Shown here: positions 48,487-62,426 of the stretch, in pieces
How positions within the stretch are numbered: position 1 is the first letter of the stretch
How the letters are laid out: the number at the start of each line of letters is the position of its first letter
DNA from: an uncultured Bacillota bacterium
Lineage (GTDB): Bacteria > Bacillota > Clostridia > Peptostreptococcales > Anaerovoracaceae
Reading direction: 5' to 3'
Length of the DNA stretch: 64,000 nucleotides
Assembly: GCA_958448635.1 (NCBI GenBank)
Contig: CAUDEQ010000002.1
Location: 5,009 to 69,008 of the forward strand
Notes under the pieces: generated by a model
The model's database searches: none
Told to the model about the DNA's origin: nothing
What the model saw: only the letters and a program-made list of their open reading frames with translations
Translations under genes and position numbers: made by a program

Positions 48487-49859
48487 CATATAATGAAAAT
48501 CTAAACACTATCGACAACAGAAATCTGCTGAAAATGATGGGTAGGGTAGCTCTTCCCATTGCGGCTCAAAGCCTTATAGGCTCCAGTCTGAGCCTTATAG
48601 ACAACTTAATGGTGGGAAGTTTGGGAGAGCTGGAGCTCAATGCGGTAGGCGTATCGGTGCAGCTGTTCTTCATAAACTGGATGCTGCTGTTTGGATTTAC
48701 CAGCGGGGCTGCCACATTCATATCGCAGTTTTACGGAGTAAACGACATAAAGAATATAAAGAAGACCACAGGCTTTGCCTTGACTGTAGCAGCAGGCATA
48801 GGTCTGATGTTTTTTGTTGTGGCCATGGTGCTGCCGGAATACGTGCTGAGGTTATTCACCAGATTTCCGGATGTCATAGAGCTGGGAGTCGTATACATAA
48901 GAAACGGAGCGCCATGCTTCCTGTTTCTGGCCATAACCCAGCCCTTTACAGTGGCATTGAGGGCGACTCAGCAGACGAGGCTGCCTCTCTACGCCAGCGT
49001 TACAGCTCTGGCAACCAACACCTTCCTCAACTATGTGCTGATATTCGGCAAATTCGGAGCGCCTGCGCTGGGAGTACAAGGCGCTGCCCTGGCCACATCC
49101 ATAGCAAGATTCATAGAGATGTCCATAATACTCTACATAGTTTTTGTAAGAAAGAACATAGTTGCCGGAAGCATTTCGGAGTATTTCAGCTATGGCAGGG
49201 ATCTGGCTGCAAGGGTCATAAGAAATTCGTTGCCGACGACGATCAACGAAACGATGTGGGGTATCGGTACATCGTTATATGTTGCCGCCTTTGCAAGGAT
49301 AAGCATAACCGCAGGGGCAGCCATACAGGCATGTAATACCATAAACAACATGTTTTCGCTGGCCGCCTTCAGCGTGGGAGATGCAGTCCTGATCCTGGTG
49401 GGACAGAAGCTGGGTGAGGGAAAGAAGGAGCTGGCATATGAAATGTCGAAGAAAATGACCATGGCGGGACTGCTCATAGGTGTGGTCATGGGTATAGGAG
49501 TCATCGCCGCAGGCGAGCCGCTGCTGTCCCTTTTTGAATTCACCGAAGAGGGAGCAGATATGGCCGGCAAGATACTCATAATATACGGAGCGACCATGTG
49601 GCTGGCGCTTTACAACGGGATACATGTGACAGGAACTCTGCGATGCGGAGGCGATACAAGATTTGCCATGTTCACCGAGGTGGGCACCGTATGGATAATA
49701 GGTGTTCCCATGGCGTTTATAACATCTTTGTACCTGGGATGGCCTATATATTTCGCACTTCTTGCCGTAAAATCAGAGGAGCTGGTAAAGGGATTGATCC
49801 TCACCAGACGATATTTCAGCAAAAAATGGTTGAAAAATGTGATACACGACATAAAATAA
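48483..49859 (+). CDS. MATE-family efflux transporter
   Basis: 458 aa, 12 TM helices in a MatE repeat. Overlaps the upstream stop (ATGA). Confidence 0.85.
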   Translation: MTYNENLNTIDNRNLLKMMGRVALPIAAQSLIGSSLSLIDNLMVGSLGELELNAVGVSVQLFFINWMLLFGFTSGAATFISQFYGVNDIKNIKKTTGFALTVAAGIGLMFFVVAMVLPEYVLRLFTRFPDVIELGVVYIRNGAPCFLFLAITQPFTVALRATQQTRLPLYASVTALATNTFLNYVLIFGKFGAPALGVQGAALATSIARFIEMSIILYIVFVRKNIVAGSISEYFSYGRDLAARVIRNSLPTTINETMWGIGTSLYVAAFARISITAGAAIQACNTINNMFSLAAFSVGDAVLILVGQKLGEGKKELAYEMSKKMTMAGLLIGVVMGIGVIAAGEPLLSLFEFTEEGADMAGKILIIYGATMWLALYNGIHVTGTLRCGGDTRFAMFTEVGTVWIIGVPMAFITSLYLGWPIYFALLAVKSEELVKGLILTRRYFSKKWLKNVIHDIK

Positions 49860-49917
49860 TACAATGCTATAATTTATATATATAGTTTAATGAAAAACTA
49901 AATTTTCATAAAATTGT

Positions 49918-49946
49918 TTCACAATTACAGCAAATAGGTGTATAAT
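49918..49946 (+). promoter_or_regulatory. sigma-A type promoter of ATP synthase operon
   Basis: -35 TTCACA, 17-nt spacer, extended -10 TGtATAAT, about 30 nt upstream of the atpI-like start. Confidence 0.55.
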
Positions 49947-49976
49947 CTGAACTGAAGGCGAAAGGGGACGTGTAAT

Positions 49977-50297
49977 ATGACTTATGTTATAGGGGCAGCA
50001 GCAGGGCTTGTTTTAGGCGTGATAATCGGTGCCCTGAAGAATCGTTTTATATGGGGAGATTACCTGCGCAGGGAGGACACCTCCGGCGAAGCCGGCGCTC
50101 TTTACGGGAGAATGCTGGCCAGCAATATCACAAACCTTGTTACGCTTATCATCGTTTTCTTTTTAAGAGATATCGTTCCTTTTGACGGCATAGCGTTTCT
50201 CATAGGGACGGCGGTGGCTCTGACAATCATGAGTAGGGCGCTGTCGCTGAAGCAAAGGAAGGATAAAGACCAGCGAAGGGAGGTAAGGATGCAATGA
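49977..50297 (+). CDS. small membrane protein, probable ATP synthase protein I (AtpI/AtpZ-like)
   Basis: 106 aa, two TM helices, immediately upstream of atpB with overlapping stop and start. Called by position only. Confidence 0.45.
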   Translation: MTYVIGAAAGLVLGVIIGALKNRFIWGDYLRREDTSGEAGALYGRMLASNITNLVTLIIVFFLRDIVPFDGIAFLIGTAVALTIMSRALSLKQRKDKDQRREVRMQ

Positions 50298-50962
50298 TGG
50301 ATGCATTAAGCTCTATGGGAATAACAAGCGGAATGATCACCAGCCTCGGCATCACCGTATTGCTGGCGGGGATTTCCATTTATGCAGGCAGACGTCTGCA
50401 GACCATACCGGGCGGATTGCAGAATTTTATAGAATGGGCAGTGGGCGGACTCAACAAGTTTTTCACCGATATAATGGGCGAAAAGGCATGTAAAAAATAT
50501 TTTCCGCTGATAGCAACATTGTTCATTTACATCCTTTTCTGTAACTATTCGGGACTGCTTCCCGGCTCGGGGCACATGCCGTGGCTGAATGCGCCGACAG
50601 GTTCGATAAACTGCACCATGGCAATGGCGGTTATCGTATTCGTAATGATGTTCTATGTGGGGATCAAGGAGAATAAGGGTCTTGGATATTTCAAGCATTA
50701 TTTCAAGCCTTTTGCATTTCTGTTCCCGCTGATGATACTGGAGGATCTGGTCAAGCCTGTATCGCTGACCTTGCGACTTTACGGCAACATATTTGGAGAG
50801 CATACTGTAATACAGTCGTTCTTCGATCTGGTACCTATCGGCCTGCCGGTGATAATGCAGGCTCTCAGCGTACTGATGGGATTGATACAGGCACTGGTAT
50901 TCTCGCTTCTGGCGGCCATATACATCAAGGAGGCCATGCCGGAGGAAGAGGAGCATTTATAA
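50294..50962 (+). CDS. atpB: F0F1 ATP synthase subunit a
   Basis: 222 aa. Conserved Arg region LRLYGNIFGEH. Confidence 0.9.
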   Translation: MMDALSSMGITSGMITSLGITVLLAGISIYAGRRLQTIPGGLQNFIEWAVGGLNKFFTDIMGEKACKKYFPLIATLFIYILFCNYSGLLPGSGHMPWLNAPTGSINCTMAMAVIVFVMMFYVGIKENKGLGYFKHYFKPFAFLFPLMILEDLVKPVSLTLRLYGNIFGEHTVIQSFFDLVPIGLPVIMQALSVLMGLIQALVFSLLAAIYIKEAMPEEEEHL

Positions 50963-51232
<270 letters not shown>

Positions 51233-51285
51233 CAGGGGACGGTGCGTCGCAGTACGCATAACTTCAATGGAAGGAAGGCTGAATT

Positions 51286-51779
51286 ATGGTAGAAGCATTA
51301 GGAATGAGTTTAACTGAATTCATATTTTACCTGATCAATTTTCTTATTCTGGTGGGCATACTGGGGAAGTTCCTCTATAAACCGTTTCTTGAGTTTATGG
51401 AAAACAGAAGGCAGTCCATACAGGACGCTCTGGACAATGCGGAGCTGACCAACAGGAGAGCCGATGAAAAGATGGAAAATTACAATAAGCGCATTGCCAG
51501 GGCTGAAGAGGAAGGTCGAGAGATCATTAGGGAAGCCAAGCAGAGGGCAGACGCCCAGGCTGCCGAGATAATCGAAGAGGCAAACCGCAAGGCCAATGAG
51601 ATGATGGTCAGGGCTGAGCAGAATATAGAGCGTGAGAAGGAAAAGGCCACGGAAGAAATGCGTCAGGAAATCGCAGCATTGGCAGTCCTTGTCGCTGAGA
51701 AAATCGTTGAGCGAGAAATCCAGCGTATAGGACAGGAGGCCATCGTTGACGAAGTGATCAAACAGGCGAGGAGTACGGG

Positions 51780-51792
<13 letters not shown>
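51286..51792 (+). CDS. atpF: F0F1 ATP synthase subunit b
   Basis: 168 aa. N-terminal TM helix then a long charged coiled coil. Confidence 0.85.
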
Positions 51793-53854
<2,062 letters not shown>

Positions 53855-53878
53855 TTTTTATAACGCAGGAAAGGAGGT

Positions 53879-54754
53879 GTGAGTATGGCAGCTGAAAGCA
53901 TGCAGGACATAAAGCGCCGTATAAAAAGCGTCACCAGCACAGAGCATATTACCAACGCCATGAAGCTGGTATCTGCCGGAAAGCTGAGAAAAGCAAAAGC
54001 GATATTCGAGAAAACCAATGAAAACTCACACTACATTACCCATACCATAGCTGAAATCTTCAACAGCAGTCCCGACGATATACCCGGTGAATATCTGGCG
54101 GGAAACAGGGAAATAAAAACCACATGCTACATCGTTGTCACCAGCAGCAGAGGTCTCTGCGGGGGCTTCAACAGCAATATACTCAAGGAGGCTCAGAGAG
54201 ACATAGACGATGACTGGGAGGACCCTGTTATCCTGGCCATAGGGAGCAAGGGAAAGGAGTATTTCGAGAAGAGAGGATATAACGTCTATGATGATTACTT
54301 AGCTCCTCCGGAGAATATTTCCTTCCTGGAGTCAAGGGAGATGAGCCTGCCTATAATAGACATGTATAACAAGGGCGTGATAGATGAAGTGGTGCTGATA
54401 TATACATCCTTCATAAGCTCCATGGAGCAGGAAGTGAAAAACGTCACATTGCTGCCCTTTGAGCTGGAGCATGACCCTGAGATCATCAAGAACACCAAGC
54501 AGGTGGAGTACGAGCCTTCCGTGGAAGCCGTATTCAACTACCTTGTGCCGAAATACGTTGAAATGATGATATACAGCGCAGTGGTGGAATCAGCGACATG
54601 CGAGCATGCGGCCAGAAGAATGGCCATGGAAAATGCCACGGACAATGCCAGGGAAATGCTGGATAAGCTTTCCCTGAACTATAACAGAGCCCGTCAGGCA
54701 GCAATAACAGATGAAATAATAGAAATCGTTGCCGGATCAGAGGCACAAAAATAG
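53879..54754 (+). CDS. atpG: F0F1 ATP synthase subunit gamma
   Basis: 291 aa, gamma subunit fold. Confidence 0.9.
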   Translation: MSMAAESMQDIKRRIKSVTSTEHITNAMKLVSAGKLRKAKAIFEKTNENSHYITHTIAEIFNSSPDDIPGEYLAGNREIKTTCYIVVTSSRGLCGGFNSNILKEAQRDIDDDWEDPVILAIGSKGKEYFEKRGYNVYDDYLAPPENISFLESREMSLPIIDMYNKGVIDEVVLIYTSFISSMEQEVKNVTLLPFELEHDPEIIKNTKQVEYEPSVEAVFNYLVPKYVEMMIYSAVVESATCEHAARRMAMENATDNAREMLDKLSLNYNRARQAAITDEIIEIVAGSEAQK

Positions 54755-56161
<1,407 letters not shown>

Positions 56162-56173
56162 CAGGAGAGTATT

Positions 56174-56611
56174 ATGGCTAACAGTGTAAAATTAGAAATA
56201 ATAACTCCATCCAAGATGTTTTACCGCGGCTTTGTGGAGCTGGTCATCGCCACTACGCTGGAGGGTGATGAGGGCTTCATGTACGGTCATTCATGGGCGT
56301 GCAAGCTGTTGGATATAGGAGAGCTGTGGATCCAGGAGGAGGGTGCGGACAAGGATGATTTTCGTGTCGCAGCCATATCGGGAGGCTTCATAGATGTAAA
56401 GGACAGTATCATCATCTATACGGACGCTGCCGAATGGGCCGAGGATATAGATATGGACAGAGTTCTCAGCGAAAAGGCCAAGGCGGAGGACTGGCTGGTA
56501 AAGCATGTGGATGACGGAGATCCTAACGACGTCATAAAGGCAAAGATCGCCATAACCAAGGCGGCAACCAGAAGTCATGTGGCGGGAGGAAGCCACAGGC
56601 ACGGGCATTGA
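56174..56611 (+). CDS. atpC: F0F1 ATP synthase subunit epsilon
   Basis: 145 aa, epsilon fold at the end of the operon. Confidence 0.9.
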   Translation: MANSVKLEIITPSKMFYRGFVELVIATTLEGDEGFMYGHSWACKLLDIGELWIQEEGADKDDFRVAAISGGFIDVKDSIIIYTDAAEWAEDIDMDRVLSEKAKAEDWLVKHVDDGDPNDVIKAKIAITKAATRSHVAGGSHRHGH

Positions 56612-56901
56612 TGCCTGCGCAATGTGCAGTAAAGGATAAGGAGCTTATAGTGGGAAGTGAGACGAGAACAGCATTGATAGGGATAATCGTAGAAAACGAG
56701 GCATCGGTCGAAAGGCTGAATGCCTTGCTTCATGATTACAGACATTATATAATAGGGCGAATGGGCGTGCCACATCCGAAAAAGGAGATGTCCATAATAA
56801 GCATTGCCCTTGAAGCGCAGCAGGATGTGATAAGTGCGCTTTCAGGCAAGCTGGGTGCTCTGGACGGAGTGAGCACCAAAACCATCTATTCGAAGAGCTG
56901 A
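56608..56901 (+). CDS. small ACT-like protein resembling TM1266-family putative iron-only hydrogenase system regulators
   Basis: 97 aa. Core IGIIVEN...HDYRHYIIGRMGVPHPKKEMSIISIALEA matches my recollection of TM1266-family signatures. I could not verify this. Its start overlaps the atpC stop. Confidence 0.4.
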   Translation: MMPAQCAVKDKELIVGSETRTALIGIIVENEASVERLNALLHDYRHYIIGRMGVPHPKKEMSIISIALEAQQDVISALSGKLGALDGVSTKTIYSKS

Positions 56902-56937
56902 TAACACCAGATCAAACAGGAATGGAGAATTCATACT

Positions 56938-57885
56938 ATGGCGACAATGGATATAATTACTGCGCTGGCAAAGATATTCATAATAATGCTGCCGGGATAC
57001 ATATTGAAAAAGACAGGAGTGCTCAGCAAGCAGCATGTCGAGGGAATGTCCTCGCTCATAACGAATGTGACGTTCCCATGCATGATAATAGTTTCCATGC
57101 AGATGGAATTCTCCATGGAGATACTGAACAACTGCAAAAATGCCATCATCGTCTTTTCCTGCATCATTGCGGTGACGATGGTACTGGCAAGGGTGGTCAG
57201 TAAGCGTGCGAAGCTGCCCAGGACTCAGTCCGGGATATTCGCATTCATGCTGATGTTCGGAAATACAGGCTTCATCGGGTTTCCTGTATTAAGCGGTCTC
57301 TTCGGACAGGAGGCTGTGCTTTACGGAGCATTGTGCGATGCGGTCTACAACATTTTCATGTTTACCATAGGCATAGCCCTTATCAAGCCGGGAGATGAAA
57401 GGCGTGACAGGCGGGAGGTCATAAGGCAGACTGTCAGGGAAAGTCTGAATCCGTGCTTTTTCGGGCTTATTATAGGTCTGGTGCTTTTCATCGGGCAGAT
57501 ATCTCTGCCTGAAATAATAGGAGGGCCTATGGAATCCATAGGAAATATCACCAGCCCTCTGGCCATGATAGTCATCGGAGCGCATTTGGCTGAAATAAAC
57601 TTCGGGGAGCTGTTCAGAGCGAAGCATGCATATGTGGTATGTCTGCTGAAGCTGATAGTTACTCCGCTGATAGGGCTTGTCTTCGTAAAGCTGATAATCG
57701 GTACTGGAAGTCTGCTGGCGTCGGCTATAATAATAGAAGCGGCAATGCCTGTGGCCATGTGTTCAGTAATCTTCTCCGAGCAGTACAAGGCAGATGTGAA
57801 CTTCGCCGTAAAAGGCGTAATGCTTACCACGGTAATGTGTATCGTTACCATACCGGTGTTTGCAATACTGCTGCAATATATATAA
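56938..57885 (+). CDS. AEC-family (auxin efflux carrier / malate permease-like) transporter
   Basis: 315 aa, about 10 TM helices in two AEC half repeats. Confidence 0.8.
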   Translation: MATMDIITALAKIFIIMLPGYILKKTGVLSKQHVEGMSSLITNVTFPCMIIVSMQMEFSMEILNNCKNAIIVFSCIIAVTMVLARVVSKRAKLPRTQSGIFAFMLMFGNTGFIGFPVLSGLFGQEAVLYGALCDAVYNIFMFTIGIALIKPGDERRDRREVIRQTVRESLNPCFFGLIIGLVLFIGQISLPEIIGGPMESIGNITSPLAMIVIGAHLAEINFGELFRAKHAYVVCLLKLIVTPLIGLVFVKLIIGTGSLLASAIIIEAAMPVAMCSVIFSEQYKADVNFAVKGVMLTTVMCIVTIPVFAILLQYI

Positions 57886-57912
57886 GCTAATCTGAAAAGG
57901 AAATATAGAAAT

Positions 57913-57975
57913 TGAAAAAAACAGGGTCTATAATCGAGCTGTACGTTTATAGACCCTATTTGTATTTTCTGTTTA
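57913..57975. terminator. bidirectional terminator between convergent AEC transporter and ABC ATPase genes
   Basis: AGGGTCTATA/TATAGACCCT stem flanked by an A-run upstream and a T-rich tract downstream. Confidence 0.65.
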
Positions 57976-57991
57976 ATATGTCTGTTGAAAA

Positions 57992-58741
57992 TCACGCCTT
58001 CAGCATAGCCGAAAGGAATGCTCTGAGCCTTTCATTATCAGGGTTATCGAATATCTCCTTAGGAGAGCCGCAGGCTACTATTTTACCTGCATCGATGAAT
58101 ACGACCTTATCGGCGACCTCCTTGGCAAATCCCATCTCGTGTGTGACCACTATCATGGTATTATCCTTGGATTTGAGGCTTTTGATTACCCTCAGGACCT
58201 CGCCCGTAAGCTCGGGATCCAACGCAGATGTCGGTTCGTCAAAGCAGAGGATATCGGGCTCCATGGCCATGGCTCTTGCTATGGCGACTCTCTGCTGCTG
58301 CCCGCCGGACAGCTGCCATGGATAGTTATCGGTCTTTTCAGTCAGACCCACCTTGGCTATCAGCTCGTCGGCAATGTCGCTGATCTCGTTGTCGGGGTGC
58401 TTCTTGAGGAGCTTAGGAGCCAGAGTGATGTTCTCCTTTACCGTGTACTGAGGGAAAAGGTTGAACTGCTGGAATACCATGCCGAAATGCAGGCGGTTTT
58501 TCCTGATCTCCTCTTCGGTTATCTTTTTCTCTCCGTCATATATGGTTTCGCCTTTAACCTTTATGGTGCCCTTTTCAGCAAGCTCCAGATAGTTGATACA
58601 TCTTAAAAGCGTCGTCTTTCCTCCTCCGGAGGAGCCGATTATGGCCATTACCTCGCCCTTTTCAAGAGAGAGATCGACGCCCTTGAGGACTTCAACCTTG
58701 CCAAAGGTCTTATGCAGATTGTTTACTTCCAATATTGGCAT
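57992..58741 (-). CDS. amino-acid ABC transporter ATP-binding protein
   Basis: Walker A GSSGGGKTT, signature LSGGQQQRVAIARA, Walker B ILCFDEPTSALD. Confidence 0.9.
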   Translation of the reverse strand: MPILEVNNLHKTFGKVEVLKGVDLSLEKGEVMAIIGSSGGGKTTLLRCINYLELAEKGTIKVKGETIYDGEKKITEEEIRKNRLHFGMVFQQFNLFPQYTVKENITLAPKLLKKHPDNEISDIADELIAKVGLTEKTDNYPWQLSGGQQQRVAIARAMAMEPDILCFDEPTSALDPELTGEVLRVIKSLKSKDNTMIVVTHEMGFAKEVADKVVFIDAGKIVACGSPKEIFDNPDNERLRAFLSAMLKA

Positions 58742-58754
58742 TATTGACTCCTTC

Positions 58755-59411
58755 CTATTTAAAATAGCTCAGCTTCTTCTCCAGCTTGGAAAATGCGATG
58801 GTCAGCAGTCCGCTGAACAGGAGGTAATACGCACCTGTCATAAACAGCGGCCAGATAAGTCCGTCGGATTTGATGAACACCTGCCCTGCCCATATAAGTT
58901 CATAGACAGCGATGATCCTGGCGAGAGAAGTATCCTTAACGAGGTTGATGAACTCATTGCTCATCGGAGGAAGGATCCTCTTAACGACCTGAAGCAGTAC
59001 GATCTTAAAAAATACCTGTCGCTTGTTGAGCCCTAAAACCGCCCCGGCTTCATATTGTCCCTGCGGGATGCTTTCGATACCGCCTCTGTATACCTCGGAG
59101 AAATAGCATGCGTAGTTGATTATAAAAGCAACTATTACGGCTATAAACCTGCCTTCGGTACCCATTCCCCATATGTTGGAGCCGAGTATGAGCCCCGGAC
59201 CGTAGTATATGATGATGAGCTGCAGCATCAGAGGCGTACCTCTCACGACCCATACGATGGTCTTCATAAGGCCTTTAAGCGGAAGAAACCTGCTCATGGT
59301 TCCGAAGGAAATGAGCAGGCCTAAAGGTAAAGCACCCAATAATGTCAGGAAGAATATTTGAAGTGTTTTAATGGAACCGGTGGTCAGCTCCATCATAACT
59401 TGCTGAAACAT
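58755..59411 (-). CDS. amino-acid ABC transporter permease (His/Glu/Gln/Arg/opine family)
   Basis: 218 aa, 5 TM helices with the EAA-like loop. Confidence 0.85.
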   Translation of the reverse strand: MFQQVMMELTTGSIKTLQIFFLTLLGALPLGLLISFGTMSRFLPLKGLMKTIVWVVRGTPLMLQLIIIYYGPGLILGSNIWGMGTEGRFIAVIVAFIINYACYFSEVYRGGIESIPQGQYEAGAVLGLNKRQVFFKIVLLQVVKRILPPMSNEFINLVKDTSLARIIAVYELIWAGQVFIKSDGLIWPLFMTGAYYLLFSGLLTIAFSKLEKKLSYFK

Positions 59412-59451
59412 ATGTATTCTCCTTGTTTTACTGTTGATTTAATATATTGAT

Positions 59452-60264
59452 TTATTTCTGTTCGATTATGCTTTCCTGAGTTCCGTATTTTTCGGCGATT
59501 TCCATTATGGTTCCGTCAGCGTAGGCAGCCTTGAAGAATTCGTTCAGTGAAGCAGCCATGTCGGAGCCCTTTCTGAAGCCTACACCGTAGAGCTCTTCGT
59601 TGAGTCCGATGGTTGCAGCGAGGTTTTCGTATGAAGTACCTTCACCTACCATTGCTCCTGCCATCAGTGAGTCGATGATGCATGCGTCTGCAGTTCCTGC
59701 AGCTACTTCCATAACAGCGTCAGCCTGTGTTTCAACGGCCATAACGTTGAATCCGTTATCGTTGGCAACCTCTTCACCGGCGGAGCCTGCTTCTACTACG
59801 AAGCTGAGATCTGCACAGTCTTCAGGGCTCTTGATGCTGTCGGCCTTGTCAGCGCTGACTACGACAACCTGAGCGTTGTTGCAGTATGCATTGGAGGTTT
59901 CCATTGCCTTCTTAACGCCGTCAGTAAGTGTCATACCGTTCCAAACGCAGTCGATGTTCTTGTTTTCCAGCTCCATTTCCTTGGAATCCCAGTTGATTTC
60001 GATGAATTCGATATCAACGCCGATGGATTCGGCATAAGCCCTTGACAGGTCAGCATCGAAGCCTATCCATTCACCGTTATCGTCCTTGTAGTCCATAGGA
60101 GCGAAGTCAGTGATACCTACAACGAGAGTGCCCTTGTCCTGAACGTATGCCAGATCGCTTTCATTTGATGCCGAATCATCTCCGCCACCGCCGCATCCTG
60201 CGAGGGCAAAACATGACAATGCCATAATGGCTGCTGCTGTAAGAGCAAGAATTTTTCTTTTCAT
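59452..60264 (-). CDS. amino-acid ABC transporter substrate-binding lipoprotein
   Basis: Lipobox LAGCGGGG after the signal peptide, periplasmic binding fold family 3. GGGAGG ribosome-binding site. Confidence 0.85.
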   Translation of the reverse strand: MKRKILALTAAAIMALSCFALAGCGGGGDDSASNESDLAYVQDKGTLVVGITDFAPMDYKDDNGEWIGFDADLSRAYAESIGVDIEFIEINWDSKEMELENKNIDCVWNGMTLTDGVKKAMETSNAYCNNAQVVVVSADKADSIKSPEDCADLSFVVEAGSAGEEVANDNGFNVMAVETQADAVMEVAAGTADACIIDSLMAGAMVGEGTSYENLAATIGLNEELYGVGFRKGSDMAASLNEFFKAAYADGTIMEIAEKYGTQESIIEQK

Positions 60265-60519
60265 TAGTACCTCCCAATCAATTGATCTGATTTCAATACA
60301 CTATTACGTTAAATTACTATTGCTGTATTAGAATATGATAATATACTAAATGACCGATGTCAATACTCATCGGAGGCAATTACTTAAGCCTGAAGTATTA
60401 AAAAACGCAAAATTCTCCATAAAACGTGATTTTCAGGCCAGCATGCAGTCCCTATGGAAGGGTTCTGCCCGGATTGTTTGCAATTCATTGAAATTGAGGC
60501 CTATAGGACAAAATTGATG

Positions 60520-60556
60520 ATTAAAAAAGCCGAAGAGAAAATTTCTCTTCGGCTTT
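60520..60556 (-). terminator. intrinsic terminator after hydA
   Basis: GCCGAAGAGAAA/TTTCTCTTCGGC 12-bp stem with A6 on the plus strand (U-tract on the minus strand). Confidence 0.7.
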
Positions 60557-60662
60557 GTCAGCGATCTGAGACCATGCTGTGTAAAGCATGGGTCTGTTTT
60601 TACAGGTGATTTTTGCCTGTGATTTAAAAGCTTGATTTTAATCTCGACGTTAAGCCGCAGCT

Positions 60663-62408
60663 TTAAACGTCGTAATTGCCTCTCTCGGTGTAGTGGGTGT
60701 GGAGAAGCTGATGAGCTCTGCTGCCTCCTGCCATTCCCAGGTATTCCTTGTAGAGCTTCTTGACGGAAGGATTGTTGTGAGACTTTCTGATGAAGGTCTG
60801 TCTGTCTTCCGTATAAAGACCCTTGGCACGCTCTGCTCTGATGTCGATCCAGTTGCGGACATCGGACAGCTGCAGCGGCTGACCGCCACCATTGACACAG
60901 CCTCCGGGACATGCCATGATCTCCACGAAGTGGAATTCCTCCTCACCGCTTTTGATCTTCTCCAGCAGCTTTCTTGCATTGCCCAGTCCGTGGGCTACGG
61001 CAGCTCTGATGGTAAGATCTCCTGTCTGTACCGAAGCCACCTTGATGCCGTCAAGACCTCTGACAGCTTCATATTCGATGTTGTCTGCCGAGCTTCCCGT
61101 AAGCAGATCGGCAGCTGTTCTGAGAGCAGCCTCCATTACGCCGCCTGTAGCTCCGAAGATGACTCCGGCGCCTGTGGCGTTTCCGAAAGGATTGTCAAAA
61201 TCCGAATCTCCGAGATCAGGAAAATCTATACCGATGTCGTATATCATCTTGCCCAGCTCTCTTGTGGTGAGGACCACGTCCACATCAGGATGACCGTTGA
61301 CCTGCATTTCAGGTCTTGCCGCCTCGAATTTCTTGGCTGTACAAGGCATGATGGAAACCACGAAAACGTCTTCGGGATCCAGATCGTTCTTTTCGGCGTA
61401 ATACGATTTCAATACAGCGCCGAACATCTGATGAGGCGATTTGCATGATGACAGATTATCCAACATGTCAGGGAAGTTGTGCTCGCAGAACTTGATCCAT
61501 CCAGGTGAGCATGAGGTTATCAGCGGAAGAGTACCGCCGCCTCTTATCCTGTCGATGAGTTCGGCACATTCCTCCATGATGGTAAGGTCAGCGCCGGTAT
61601 CAGTATCGAACACCTTGTCGACGCCCAACATCTTGAGGGCAGTTACCATCTTGCCTGTTACAGGCGTACCGATAGGCATGCCAAAGTCCTCGCCCAGGGC
61701 AACTCTTACGGCAGGGGCCGTCTGAACAACCACATGCTTTTTAGGGTCGTAGATGGCTTCCCATACCTTATCTATGTCGTCCTTTTCGTGAAGAGCGCCT
61801 ACAGGGCAGTAGTTGATGCACTGTCCGCAGTTGACGCAAGGTGTTTCCTCGAGAGGAAGTCCGAACGGCGAAGCAACCTGGGTGTTGAAGCCTCTGTTCA
61901 CGAGGTCGATAACGCCCACAGTCTGTATGTTTTTGCATGCGCTTACGCATCTTCTGCAGAGTATGCACTTGTTTGGATCTCTTACGATGGATACGCCCAC
62001 ATCGAGAGGCAGCTTCTTGTTTTCTCCCTCGAAGCGGACAACGCCCACCGACAGCTTGTTGGCCAGAGCCTGAAGCTCGCAGTCCATCCAGCTTCTGGTG
62101 CATGTCTGGCAGCTGGCATTGTGGTTTGAAAGGATCAGCTCAAGGTTTACCTTTCTTGCTTCCATTACCCTAGGAGTATGGGTGAAAACCTCCATGCCCT
62201 CCTTTACAGGATGCACGCATGCAGCCTGCAGAGCACTGGAACCCTTTACCTCGACGATGCACATACGGCAGCAGCCCACCTCGTTGACATCCTTGAGGAA
62301 GCAGAGGGTGGGGATATTGATGCTTACCTCCTTAGCTGCTTCCAGTATAGTGTAGTTTTCAGGCACATACAGCTTTATGCCGTCTATGGTTATATGTACT
62401 TTGTTCAT
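60663..62408 (-). CDS. hydA: [FeFe] hydrogenase catalytic subunit (HydA/HndD-type, NuoG-like N-terminus)
   Basis: N-terminal 2Fe-2S domain, His-ligated 4Fe-4S, two 4Fe-4S ferredoxin motifs. Canonical H-cluster motifs TSCSPGW, MPCTAKKFE and EIMACPGGCVNGGGQP. Confidence 0.9.
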   Translation of the reverse strand: MNKVHITIDGIKLYVPENYTILEAAKEVSINIPTLCFLKDVNEVGCCRMCIVEVKGSSALQAACVHPVKEGMEVFTHTPRVMEARKVNLELILSNHNASCQTCTRSWMDCELQALANKLSVGVVRFEGENKKLPLDVGVSIVRDPNKCILCRRCVSACKNIQTVGVIDLVNRGFNTQVASPFGLPLEETPCVNCGQCINYCPVGALHEKDDIDKVWEAIYDPKKHVVVQTAPAVRVALGEDFGMPIGTPVTGKMVTALKMLGVDKVFDTDTGADLTIMEECAELIDRIRGGGTLPLITSCSPGWIKFCEHNFPDMLDNLSSCKSPHQMFGAVLKSYYAEKNDLDPEDVFVVSIMPCTAKKFEAARPEMQVNGHPDVDVVLTTRELGKMIYDIGIDFPDLGDSDFDNPFGNATGAGVIFGATGGVMEAALRTAADLLTGSSADNIEYEAVRGLDGIKVASVQTGDLTIRAAVAHGLGNARKLLEKIKSGEEEFHFVEIMACPGGCVNGGGQPLQLSDVRNWIDIRAERAKGLYTEDRQTFIRKSHNNPSVKKLYKEYLGMAGGSRAHQLLHTHYTERGNYDV

Positions 62409-62426
62409 ATTTAAGCAGCCTCCTTA

